Source: a bacterium
Lineage (GTDB): Bacteria; Hydrothermota; 32-111
Reading direction: 5' to 3'
Assembly (NCBI GenBank): GCA_050239825.1
Contig: JBFXGO010000013.1
Span: forward strand, 1-47,659
Length of the DNA stretch: 47,659 nucleotides
Shown piece by piece: positions 23,242-31,995 of the stretch. Under the pieces are notes generated by a model. That model searched no databases and was not told where the DNA came from. It saw nothing but the letters and a program-made list of their open reading frames with translations. The stretch's first letter is position 1, and every line of letters begins with the position of its first letter. The position numbers were made by a program, and so were the translations under genes.

Positions 23242-24678
23242 GTGAAAAAAATATTTTTCATTTTGATTTCTCTCGTAATCTTCACTGCTCTTTGCTCAAA
23301 TGAAATATTTGTGCAGGAGGGCGGAAAATTCTATAAGGTAGAATTAAGCGAAAACGGCGATACCCTCTCAAAAGAGGAGATTAACATAGTGCCTCTTGAC
23401 ACCCAGAAGGCAGAAGAACAGATTTATCAGCTCAAGGATGTTCCTATAGAGGATAATTCAAAGATACTTGATGAGCCTGTTGAGTCGGTAAAGCCATTAA
23501 AGACAGCAGAGCAGAACCTTTACAATCCCCAGCTTCTTAGAATTGTGCCTTTCAAGTGGCAGGCCGGCTGGTACGGAGCTTGGCAGGGATTCTTTTATGG
23601 AACCGAATTTGCATTAGGCTTGGGAATAATGGAAAAAAAATATTCTCCTTTGGTTGTTCTTTCAACTCCCGCTCTCATGTTTTTTCTTCCTCCGATTCTC
23701 ATAAAGGATGATGTGCCTGATTATTCTCTTGCATTTATAGATTGGGGTTACAGAATCGGACCTTTTGATTATCTTTCAATAAGGTCTGCCGCTTCAAAAT
23801 CAGAGTTTGGAAAAACCTACTCTGTGGGAAGTCTTGATGTTATGCCTGATGCTCTCACGGCAATGGCTTTTGGATATGCGGAATCATGGGGAGGATACAC
23901 TCTTGCAAGAAAGCTCGGACCTTTTAGAAGAGCCGCAAGCGACATGTACGCCGCAGGAGCATATATGGGCTATGTTTGGGGAGGTCTTACCGGTTTGTAC
24001 TTATCCGAAAAAATTGTCACAGATGAGTATCCTGAATATGATAATACATGGTATACGGATTCCGCAAAATGGGTTGAAGACTCCACTGAGATGGCTGCTT
24101 ATAACAGCGAGATTTCAAGGATAAATCAGGAGAAGGAGCTTTACGGCTTTTCTACGGCGCTTCTCTTCTCCCTCGGATTTAGAAGTGCGGGATTCTATTT
24201 CGGCAACAAAGAGGAGCATAAACTGAAATCTTTTGATGGATATTTCTATACATTCAACTCCATAACAGGTTTCCTTCTGGCAAATGAAATCGATAATTAC
24301 ACAAACTTTGAAGATGAGATGCTTTTGATGCACACTGCAATGTCAATGATTACAACTGGCGCAACCGCTTATCTGATGAAAGACATTCACCTTGATGACG
24401 GAAATGCCATACTCATGATGATAGGCGGAGTGGTGGGCGGCACCCTTGGACAAGGAATAGAATTGGTTATTGAAAGCTATACTAACGAGAATTTTGTTTC
24501 AGCGCCGAAATTCCACACTTCCGTTGGCGCAATATGCATGGTTGCAGGAGAGTTTGGAGTATATATGCTGAGAAAAGATGCAATACAAAGCGGTTCCGAT
24601 TTTGGTAATAATCTCGGATTCAATATTTATCCCACAAAAAACAACGGTTTGGGAGCAAACCTTTCTTACTCGTTTTAA
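23242..24678 (+). CDS. Hypothetical exported/membrane protein
   Basis: AAGGAG RBS, GTG start, signal peptide, Gly-rich hydrophobic helices, C-terminal GLGANLSYSF. Confidence 0.75.
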   Translation: MKKIFFILISLVIFTALCSNEIFVQEGGKFYKVELSENGDTLSKEEINIVPLDTQKAEEQIYQLKDVPIEDNSKILDEPVESVKPLKTAEQNLYNPQLLRIVPFKWQAGWYGAWQGFFYGTEFALGLGIMEKKYSPLVVLSTPALMFFLPPILIKDDVPDYSLAFIDWGYRIGPFDYLSIRSAASKSEFGKTYSVGSLDVMPDALTAMAFGYAESWGGYTLARKLGPFRRAASDMYAAGAYMGYVWGGLTGLYLSEKIVTDEYPEYDNTWYTDSAKWVEDSTEMAAYNSEISRINQEKELYGFSTALLFSLGFRSAGFYFGNKEEHKLKSFDGYFYTFNSITGFLLANEIDNYTNFEDEMLLMHTAMSMITTGATAYLMKDIHLDDGNAILMMIGGVVGGTLGQGIELVIESYTNENFVSAPKFHTSVGAICMVAGEFGVYMLRKDAIQSGSDFGNNLGFNIYPTKNNGLGANLSYSF

Positions 24679-24680
24679 TT

Positions 24681-26048
24681 ATGGATAAAAATGAAATTAT
24701 CAGGATTTTGAATGAACTGAACACCAAAAAAGCTGTGGACTATTTTGATGTGAGGGTCGAGCTGAGCTCATTGACTTCAATAGCAATGTCAAATCATGAG
24801 ACTACAAATGCAATTGAGGAGACCAACATCGGCGCATTCATAAGAGTTTACAATAATGGAAGATGGTTTTATAAATCTCTTTCTTCAGTAGAGAATATTC
24901 AGGGGGAGGTTGACTCCCTCTGCCGGATATCAAAGACCCATAAAGGAAAATCCCTTCCGATATTCGATTCGCTGGGAGAATTTTCTGCAGAGAGATTTCT
25001 CTATGAATCAAAATCATCATTTGTTTCAATCAAAGAGAAGCACTCTCTTTTGAAATCATACGATGAAATAACAAGGGAGTACCCAAAAATAAAACTGACG
25101 CAATCAACCTATATCGACAAAAAAAGCGAGGTTTATTTTTCAAATTCAAAAGGAGTAAGCACAGGGTATGATTTTTTCGGGAGCGAGGTAAGGATAGGTT
25201 ACAGATTCTCCGACAGTGACAAAAACTTCAATGACATGTATTCCTGCTATTCCGACAATTTCGCCAAATTGCTTTCTAAGGAAGAAAAGCTTCGCGAATC
25301 CATTTCGGAGAGCGAAAAATTCCTATGCGCTGATTCATGTGAAGCCGGGGTTTTTCCTATGATACTCTCTCCCGGTGCGGCAGGAGTTTTTGCCCACGAA
25401 TCTTTCGGACATAAATCGGAATCCGATTTCATGATCGGAGACGAGAACATGAAGAGGGAGTGGGCTCTCGGGAAGAGAGTGGGAAGCGATTTGTTGAGTA
25501 TTATCGATTATGGAGACATTCCGGGAAACTCCGGCTACACTCCGTTTGATGACGAGGGAACAAAATCTGAAAAGACTTACCTCATAAAAAACGGCATCCT
25601 TGCGGGAAGACTCCATTCTCTGAGCACGGCATACGACCTAAGTGAAAAACCGACGGGAAACGGAAGAGCAATTAACTTCGAGTATCAGCCCATAGTAAGA
25701 ATGACAAACACATACATAGAGAAAGGCGCATCTTCTTTTGATTCTCTTGTGTCGTCAATAGACAACGGGTATTTCATCAAATCAATAAAACACGGTTCGG
25801 GACTCTCAACATTCACAATAGCTCCTTTGAGAGCATACAGAATTGTTTCCGGAAAACTGCAGTCGCCTGTGAAAATCAATGTGATAACCGGCACTATTTT
25901 CGAAACACTGAATGATATAGAGGCGCTCTCCGACGAAGTTGAGTTGAAATCCTCTCTTATAGGCGGATGCGGCAAAAATGAGCAGTATCCCTTGAGAGTT
26001 AGTTTCGGAGGACCGCATGTCCTTGTCAAAAAAATGAATGTTTCTTAG
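24681..26048 (+). CDS. tldD: TldD family metalloprotease
   Basis: HESFGH metal motif, FDDEG, TGNGRA, RMTNTY, GGCGK, GGPH. Confidence 0.93.
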   Translation: MDKNEIIRILNELNTKKAVDYFDVRVELSSLTSIAMSNHETTNAIEETNIGAFIRVYNNGRWFYKSLSSVENIQGEVDSLCRISKTHKGKSLPIFDSLGEFSAERFLYESKSSFVSIKEKHSLLKSYDEITREYPKIKLTQSTYIDKKSEVYFSNSKGVSTGYDFFGSEVRIGYRFSDSDKNFNDMYSCYSDNFAKLLSKEEKLRESISESEKFLCADSCEAGVFPMILSPGAAGVFAHESFGHKSESDFMIGDENMKREWALGKRVGSDLLSIIDYGDIPGNSGYTPFDDEGTKSEKTYLIKNGILAGRLHSLSTAYDLSEKPTGNGRAINFEYQPIVRMTNTYIEKGASSFDSLVSSIDNGYFIKSIKHGSGLSTFTIAPLRAYRIVSGKLQSPVKINVITGTIFETLNDIEALSDEVELKSSLIGGCGKNEQYPLRVSFGGPHVLVKKMNVS

Positions 26049-26057
26049 GAGAAATAT

Positions 26058-27281
26058 ATGGACAAAGAATTTTACAAAATAAAGACAGACGAGACAAGCG
26101 CTTCCATCACAAATTCAGAGATTGATTCAGTGCGCAACAGAAAAAAAGAGCGTTCTTCTGCCAGAGTCTTTGACAATGGTTTTATAGGCATATCTTCTTC
26201 AATGAGCTTTTCCGAGAGAGAAATTCTTGAGAAAAAAGCCATAGATTCGCTTTCATTGAATATTCCTGTGCAGTTTTCCCTGCCATCGGGAACAAAGCGG
26301 ACATGGGATGTTTCAGGTGAAGTTATTACTGAGGAGACTCTGCTTAAAGCCACAGATGAACTTCTCCAAAAACTTTCAAAGAGAAACCCTGATTTCATTT
26401 TTTCCGGACTCTGCCGCACTTCAAGGACGGAGGAGCATCTTGAAAACACTCTCGGCGCAGACTACACGGTCAGAGCCTCCAACATGCTTTTGGAAATAAT
26501 GTTCAAGCACAAAAACAGCGCCTCTATAATTGACGGCGCATTCGCCAATGTCTATTACGATTATCCCGATATAGACGAGTTTGTTCAAAAATTCTCCTCT
26601 CACCTTGATGCATTCGGCAATTTGATTGTGATAGAGGATGAATCTATTCCTGTAATATTCTGGCAGGACCCCACAATAATGTCATTTTTCGCAAAGCATC
26701 TTAACGGAGAGCTTTTAGAATTAAACAGCTCTTACTTTTCTTCAAAGATAGACAAACAAATATTTTCAGAAAAGTTTTCCCTGTATGATATAAATTATGA
26801 CCCGGAACAGCGTATAGCCAATCCTTTTGACGGAGACGGATTCGTCAGAGAGAAGCACATACTTCCTCTCATAGAAGAGGGTAGAGTTAAGAGCGGCATG
26901 TATGACCTCAGAAGGGCCGCAATGTACAAGAAGGAGCCGACAGGCACATCCTCCCGTCCGTACAACCAGTCATCTGTGATTTACCCAAATTATCTTTACG
27001 CTAAGGAGACCGGAGTCTCCCTGAAGGATTTGAAGAGGGCGCTCTTCGTTCTAATAACATCGGGGGGAGATTTTCAAGATGACGGGTCAATATCTCTGCC
27101 TGTCCAGCTTGGATACCTCTATGAAGACGGATTTTTAAAGGGAAGAGTTCAGGAATTAATGCTTAACAACACTATTGAAAAAATGTTCGGAATGGAGTAT
27201 ATTGGTACACTTAAAGAAACAATGTTCAGGAATGGTTTTGAAAAGTATCTCGCTTTAAGAATGAACATTCAGAAAGGATAA
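26058..27281 (+). CDS. TldE/PmbA family protein
   Basis: PFDGDG...LIEEG, PTG, GGDF; no HExxH; adjacent to tldD. Confidence 0.85.
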   Translation: MDKEFYKIKTDETSASITNSEIDSVRNRKKERSSARVFDNGFIGISSSMSFSEREILEKKAIDSLSLNIPVQFSLPSGTKRTWDVSGEVITEETLLKATDELLQKLSKRNPDFIFSGLCRTSRTEEHLENTLGADYTVRASNMLLEIMFKHKNSASIIDGAFANVYYDYPDIDEFVQKFSSHLDAFGNLIVIEDESIPVIFWQDPTIMSFFAKHLNGELLELNSSYFSSKIDKQIFSEKFSLYDINYDPEQRIANPFDGDGFVREKHILPLIEEGRVKSGMYDLRRAAMYKKEPTGTSSRPYNQSSVIYPNYLYAKETGVSLKDLKRALFVLITSGGDFQDDGSISLPVQLGYLYEDGFLKGRVQELMLNNTIEKMFGMEYIGTLKETMFRNGFEKYLALRMNIQKG

Positions 27282-27282
27282 A

Positions 27283-27765
27283 ATGAAAAAACACAGAACA
27301 GAGATAATAAATCTCACAAAGAACATACTTATTGAAGGAATTGACTTCAAAAACAATGAGAAATACAATCCTGAGATGTATTATCTTGTCTCTCTATATA
27401 TAATGGAGACTTTGTTTGATTTTTATTCAGAGGACATATTCAAATTCCTCCTTTACAATGGTTTTCATTACTTTAAAGAGCAGAACCTCTCCAATGAAGA
27501 CAAGTCATACCTTCTTATATTTGAGAAAGAACTGAAGAACTGGAACGGCGACCTGATATATGAGGAGATTGAGAGAATATTCTTAGATCTGTTAACGAAT
27601 GAAAAGAAGAGAATTATTGAAAAGATAAAGAAGGAGAAACTCAAATCAAATAGAATAGATGAGCAGATAAATATAATGGCTGTAAGAATAAAAGAAAAGT
27701 ACACTTCAAATGTAAGACTGAACTCAGACAATCTGCTTGATGAGCTATTCGATCTTCTCGATTGA
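27283..27765 (+). CDS. Hypothetical protein
   Basis: 160-aa ORF packed in the operon; no family recognised. Confidence 0.6.
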   Translation: MKKHRTEIINLTKNILIEGIDFKNNEKYNPEMYYLVSLYIMETLFDFYSEDIFKFLLYNGFHYFKEQNLSNEDKSYLLIFEKELKNWNGDLIYEEIERIFLDLLTNEKKRIIEKIKKEKLKSNRIDEQINIMAVRIKEKYTSNVRLNSDNLLDELFDLLD

Positions 27766-27778
27766 AAATTGCCTAAAA

Positions 27779-30004
27779 ATGCCTGCTAAAACAAAATTTT
27801 TCATTTTAATCCTTCTTAGTTTTGTTATAATCAACTCGTCGTCAATCTCAGGATATGTGTACGATAAAGATACAAAAAAACCAATTCCTTTCTGCAATGT
27901 CCTTGTGCAGGGGGGAACTGTGGGAGATATCGGAGATGAAAGCGGCTATTATTCTTTAAGCAATCTTCAGGAAGGCAGATATACTCTGATAGTCAATATC
28001 ATCGGATACTCTTCCGACACTCAGAGCATTATGCTCGGAAAAGACGATTTTAGAAAAGTTGACTTCACAATAAAACATATTGCCATCGAGATGAAGGGTC
28101 AGGAGATTACAGGAGAGAGGGCAGATTTCACAAAGACCATATCCATAAGCAAGGATGTCTATAAGAAGGAGAATTTTGATTTTTCTCCTCAACTCATTGA
28201 ACCGGACATCATGAGGGTTCTCCAGCTACTGCCATCTGTTGTAGCATCAAGCGACTTTTCTTCTGCTCTTTATGTAAGAGGCGGGTCACCCGACCAAAAT
28301 CTTATTCTCTACGACAACTCTCCCATAATGAATCCCTTTCACCTTGGCGGAGTACTATCTACATTTGAAACAAATGCAGTTAAAGAGGCAGAATTCTACG
28401 CCGGAGGTTTTCCTCAAAGCTATCCAAACAGACTATCATCTGTGATTGATGTTAAAAGCATCAACCCGACCAAAGATGACTTTCACGCTGTCTTAGATGC
28501 CTCTATACTCGCCGTAAATCTTTTTCTGGAATCAAAAATCTATGACGGCCTCTCTTTTTTTGTATCAGGTAGGCGTACATATTTTGACAAAATATTACCT
28601 CTTATAAACTTCGATTTTCCATACTATTTTTATGACATTACAGCAAAGCTTGACTATTCTCCAAACAAAAATACAAGAGCGGCTTTTACATATTTCAATT
28701 CCTCCGATATTCTCAAACTTTCCATTGATGATACTGTTGATATAATCTCACTCAATTGGGGCAACAGATTGTATGCTCTTAATCTTTCCAGAATTATATC
28801 AGAAAACAAGTCTCTAAATCTCAATGCTTATTCATCCTCCTATCATAACACGATGAACCTCATTAATATTTTCAAGGCGCACTCTTTTATAAATGAGTAT
28901 GGAGTCAAAAGTTCATTCTCTGTTGAAACGGAACAATTGAAGACAAGGATTGGAATCGATGCGTTTTTAGACTCATTTGATTATTATGTATTAATTGCGG
29001 ATACATTTACCATGTTTGATATCAAGCGCTCTCCATTCACACTCTCTGCGTACATAGACGCCTCATATAATTTCAATAAACAGTTTATAGGGCAATTTGG
29101 ACTCAGATTTGATAAATACCAATTTGATGAAGATATCAGCATAAACCCGCAGACTGGAGTCAAGTTTTTCCTGACAGATTATCTGGCGATGACTCTCAGT
29201 CTGGCAAAATACTCCCAGTATATAACCTCCATTCGACAGGAGGACAATTCATTCGCGTCAATATTCGGTGAGATGTGGCTGCCCATTGAATCTCTATATA
29301 AGCCACAGGAGTGCATACACACTATTTCAGGAGTGGAATATTACCTTACGGACGATCTCTTTATTACTGGAGAATTCTATAAAAAAGATTACCCGCGGAT
29401 ATTGTACACAACACTGGGTCAATTAATGATAAACAGGGAGCATCCTGAGTACAGTTATACCGAATCAAGCGCCAAGAGTAGCGGCTACGAAATTATGCTG
29501 AAATCTACATACAGCAGATTCTCAGGATGGTTGGGGTACTCATATTCAAAAACACTATTCTTTAAAGACTCTTCTTATGTATTACCATACTATGACAAAA
29601 CGCATAATTTCAATTTGACTTTTACTCTTCCTCTCTTCTACAAACTATTCCTGACAGTATCAGGAAATTATGGCTCCGGTCTTCCATATACCGCCGTTGT
29701 CGGCAAGTACAGAAATTATTTTTATAGTCCTGCCACTGACTCTGTCGGTGTGGCAGGATGGAATGAAATACAGAGCGGATACAATGAGAGCCGTTTTCCC
29801 GCATATAAAAGAGTTGATATATCTTTGGCGCGTAAATTTAAGATTGACCAGTTATCTCTTAAAATCAACCTAAGCATAATAAATTTATTCAATTTCCGGA
29901 ATGTATATTTTTATTACTATGACCATGAAGCAACTCCTTCAGTAAGATACGAATTTACCATGCTACCTATAGTTCCATCAATAGGAGTCTCAGGTGAATT
30001 CTAA
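27779..30004 (+). CDS. TonB-dependent receptor
   Basis: Likely start 27779; ISGYVYD...PIPFCNV; plug YVRGGSPDQNLILYD, RLSSVID; C-terminal GVSGEF. Confidence 0.92.
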   Translation: MPAKTKFFILILLSFVIINSSSISGYVYDKDTKKPIPFCNVLVQGGTVGDIGDESGYYSLSNLQEGRYTLIVNIIGYSSDTQSIMLGKDDFRKVDFTIKHIAIEMKGQEITGERADFTKTISISKDVYKKENFDFSPQLIEPDIMRVLQLLPSVVASSDFSSALYVRGGSPDQNLILYDNSPIMNPFHLGGVLSTFETNAVKEAEFYAGGFPQSYPNRLSSVIDVKSINPTKDDFHAVLDASILAVNLFLESKIYDGLSFFVSGRRTYFDKILPLINFDFPYYFYDITAKLDYSPNKNTRAAFTYFNSSDILKLSIDDTVDIISLNWGNRLYALNLSRIISENKSLNLNAYSSSYHNTMNLINIFKAHSFINEYGVKSSFSVETEQLKTRIGIDAFLDSFDYYVLIADTFTMFDIKRSPFTLSAYIDASYNFNKQFIGQFGLRFDKYQFDEDISINPQTGVKFFLTDYLAMTLSLAKYSQYITSIRQEDNSFASIFGEMWLPIESLYKPQECIHTISGVEYYLTDDLFITGEFYKKDYPRILYTTLGQLMINREHPEYSYTESSAKSSGYEIMLKSTYSRFSGWLGYSYSKTLFFKDSSYVLPYYDKTHNFNLTFTLPLFYKLFLTVSGNYGSGLPYTAVVGKYRNYFYSPATDSVGVAGWNEIQSGYNESRFPAYKRVDISLARKFKIDQLSLKINLSIINLFNFRNVYFYYYDHEATPSVRYEFTMLPIVPSIGVSGEF

Positions 30005-30719
30005 ATTCGTATTCATTGCATTACTTTTCTTTATATTTTCATGTTCTTTTGTAAACGATGATAATACATATATAAAAGACAAAATAAATATTTTCGGACT
30101 CATTTCTCCGGATAAGAGAGAAAACTTTGTAATCATAGACTCAATTGCTTCAATTTCAAGTTCTGATTCAGAGTCAATTCACACTGTCACAGATGCATTG
30201 GTGTTAATGAACGGCATAGAGTGCCCCTATACGGCAAGCCAAACAAACATTTACAATGGTTACTATCTGATAACGGAAAATCCTCGTGAAGGAGATGTGT
30301 GTTCTCTCTTTATAGTATACAGAGGAGATACATTAAATGCATCAACAAGAGTTCCTTCATCTCCGGTGCTCATCGGTATTGAGGATTCACAAACAATCTT
30401 TTATGACAGCTCCTCTATATTCTTCTGGAAATCTTCAAATACATCCTTTTATAGAGTAGAGTTCATGGCTTATTCTGATACTTTTTATACAAACTATTTC
30501 ATGATATATTCCATAGATGACACCTTCATGACGGGAGGAATGTTCAGATATTTTCTTCCTGAGACAATTACTGTTGATATTATTGTATCAGCTTTGGATA
30601 CTAATTATGCAATTAAAGAGTTTTATGGTGAATCCACTATAAAAGACGGTTATGGCATTTTCGGCTCCTTCTCAAAGAGCATAACCAAGGGCGTCCGCCT
30701 CATCACGAACCTCTATTGA
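29994..30719 (+). CDS. DUF4249-like lipoprotein
   Basis: FIFS-C lipobox, STRVP, C-terminal STIKDGYGIFGS; directly follows a TonB-dependent receptor. Confidence 0.7.
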   Translation: MNSKFVFIALLFFIFSCSFVNDDNTYIKDKINIFGLISPDKRENFVIIDSIASISSSDSESIHTVTDALVLMNGIECPYTASQTNIYNGYYLITENPREGDVCSLFIVYRGDTLNASTRVPSSPVLIGIEDSQTIFYDSSSIFFWKSSNTSFYRVEFMAYSDTFYTNYFMIYSIDDTFMTGGMFRYFLPETITVDIIVSALDTNYAIKEFYGESTIKDGYGIFGSFSKSITKGVRLITNLY

Positions 30720-30725
30720 CCGTAT

Positions 30726-31990
30726 AGCCCCCCAAATCAGCCTTGAGCCTTGTGCCGTGAGCCTTGAGCTTAATACGGGGAATTGATTAATATTTTGTCT
30801 TTTCAATTCCGAGTGAGAAGCCTGTCCACAGCGCTCGTCTGTCCAATGCTTCTCATGAGGATGGGGACATTCCTACGGTGTGTCCCCATAACAAATATTG
30901 AAAGTGAAAGCTCAAAGTCGGCGAGGACGCTCCGCGAAGACGCCCATCAAGTGGTTCTCTCCTTGCTACGCTTTCCCATCTTGATTAAGCGGCGAAGCGG
31001 AGTGTGTGAGCCGACGCTACGCCCGCGTGCAGCCCATCATCAATCTTCTATTAACAATAACAACAAACTGATAGACCCTTCACTCTAGTCATAACCACAG
31101 AGGCGTTCAGGGTGACTCTGCTGAGTAAATAACTTGCCTTTACAGTCCGAGGAAAAATTCCAGTGCATCATAACTCAATATACTGCTGATTAATATTTTG
31201 TCTTTACAGTAATCTTCACAAAGTTCTGGTGCAACCCGATACCTCTATCATGTGCGTTCGCGCACATTCCACCCCAGCCAATGCTTTGTGAAGATTCAAT
31301 CAATTAATTAACTTATTGATAATCGTAAGCTCAAAGTCGGCGAGGACGCTCCGCGAAGACGCCCATCAAGTGGTTCTCTCCTTGCTCCGCTAACCCATCT
31401 TGATTAAGTGGCGAAGCGGAGTGTGTGAGCCGACGCTATGCCCGCGTGTAGCCCATCATCAATCTTCTATTAACAATAACAACAAACTGATAGACCCTTC
31501 ACTCTAGTCATAACCACAGAGGCGTTCAGGGTGACTCTGCTGAGTAAATGACTTGCCTTTACAGTCCGAGGAAAAATTCCAGTGCATCATAACTCAATAT
31601 ACTGCTGATTAATATTTTGTCTTTACAGTAATCTTCACAAAGTTCTGGTGCAACCCGATACCTCTACCATGTGCGTTCGCGCACATTCCACCCCAGCCAA
31701 TGCTTTGTGAAGATTCAATCAATTAATTAACTTATTGATAATCGTAAGCTCAAAGTCGGCGAGGACGCTCCGCGTAGCCGCCCATCAAGTGGTTCTCTCC
31801 TTGCTACGCTTTCCCATCTTGATTAAGCGGCGAAGCGGAGTGTGTGAGCCGACGCTATGCCCACGTGCAGCCCCAAGCATTTCTTGACTCGAGACCAGTA
31901 ATGTTGGACTAGGGATATCTTTATCCCATCTTGATTAAGCGGCGAAGCGGAGTGTGTGAGCCGACGCTACGCCCGCGTGCAGCCCCCCAT
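30726..31990. repeat. Mosaic palindromic repeat array A: 419-bp tandem unit x ~2.3 plus extra modules
   Basis: GTCGGC...GCCGAC hairpins at 30917-31015, 31336-31434, 31755-31853 (419-bp period) plus a 3' half at 31924-31965; 8 differences between units 1 and 2. Confidence 0.95.
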
Positions 31991-31995
31991 ACCAT

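Noticed and set aside
24681..27765. RiPP (microcin-like) cluster around tldD/tldE
   Set aside because: No YcaO, radical SAM, lanthipeptide enzyme, exporter or precursor peptide was seen nearby.
30917..31015. Array hairpins as simple intrinsic terminators
   Set aside because: No U-tract follows the G, S, P or R stems on either strand, and their complexity exceeds what a terminator needs. A role in pausing or mRNA stability is not excluded.
30783..31088. Similar ORFs in the arrays (30783..31088, 37903..38103, 37955..38266, 37826..38086, 38383..38592, 46845..47156) sharing peptides such as SARTLREDA
   Set aside because: The similarity comes from the DNA repeats. Starts and frames differ between copies, there is no RBS, and substitutions track base pairing rather than codons.
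31068..31130. Hammerhead ribozyme core (CTGATAGA, CTGAGTAA, CTGATTAA)
   Set aside because: These do not match CUGANGA, and I found no correctly placed GAAA with three stems. I also saw no group II intron domain V or tRNA cloverleaf. An Rfam scan is still needed.
30726..31990. CRISPR array interpretation
   Set aside because: There is no constant 23-50-nt repeat with unique, equal-length spacers. The segments between L motifs are themselves repeated and vary widely in length, and no cas genes are present.
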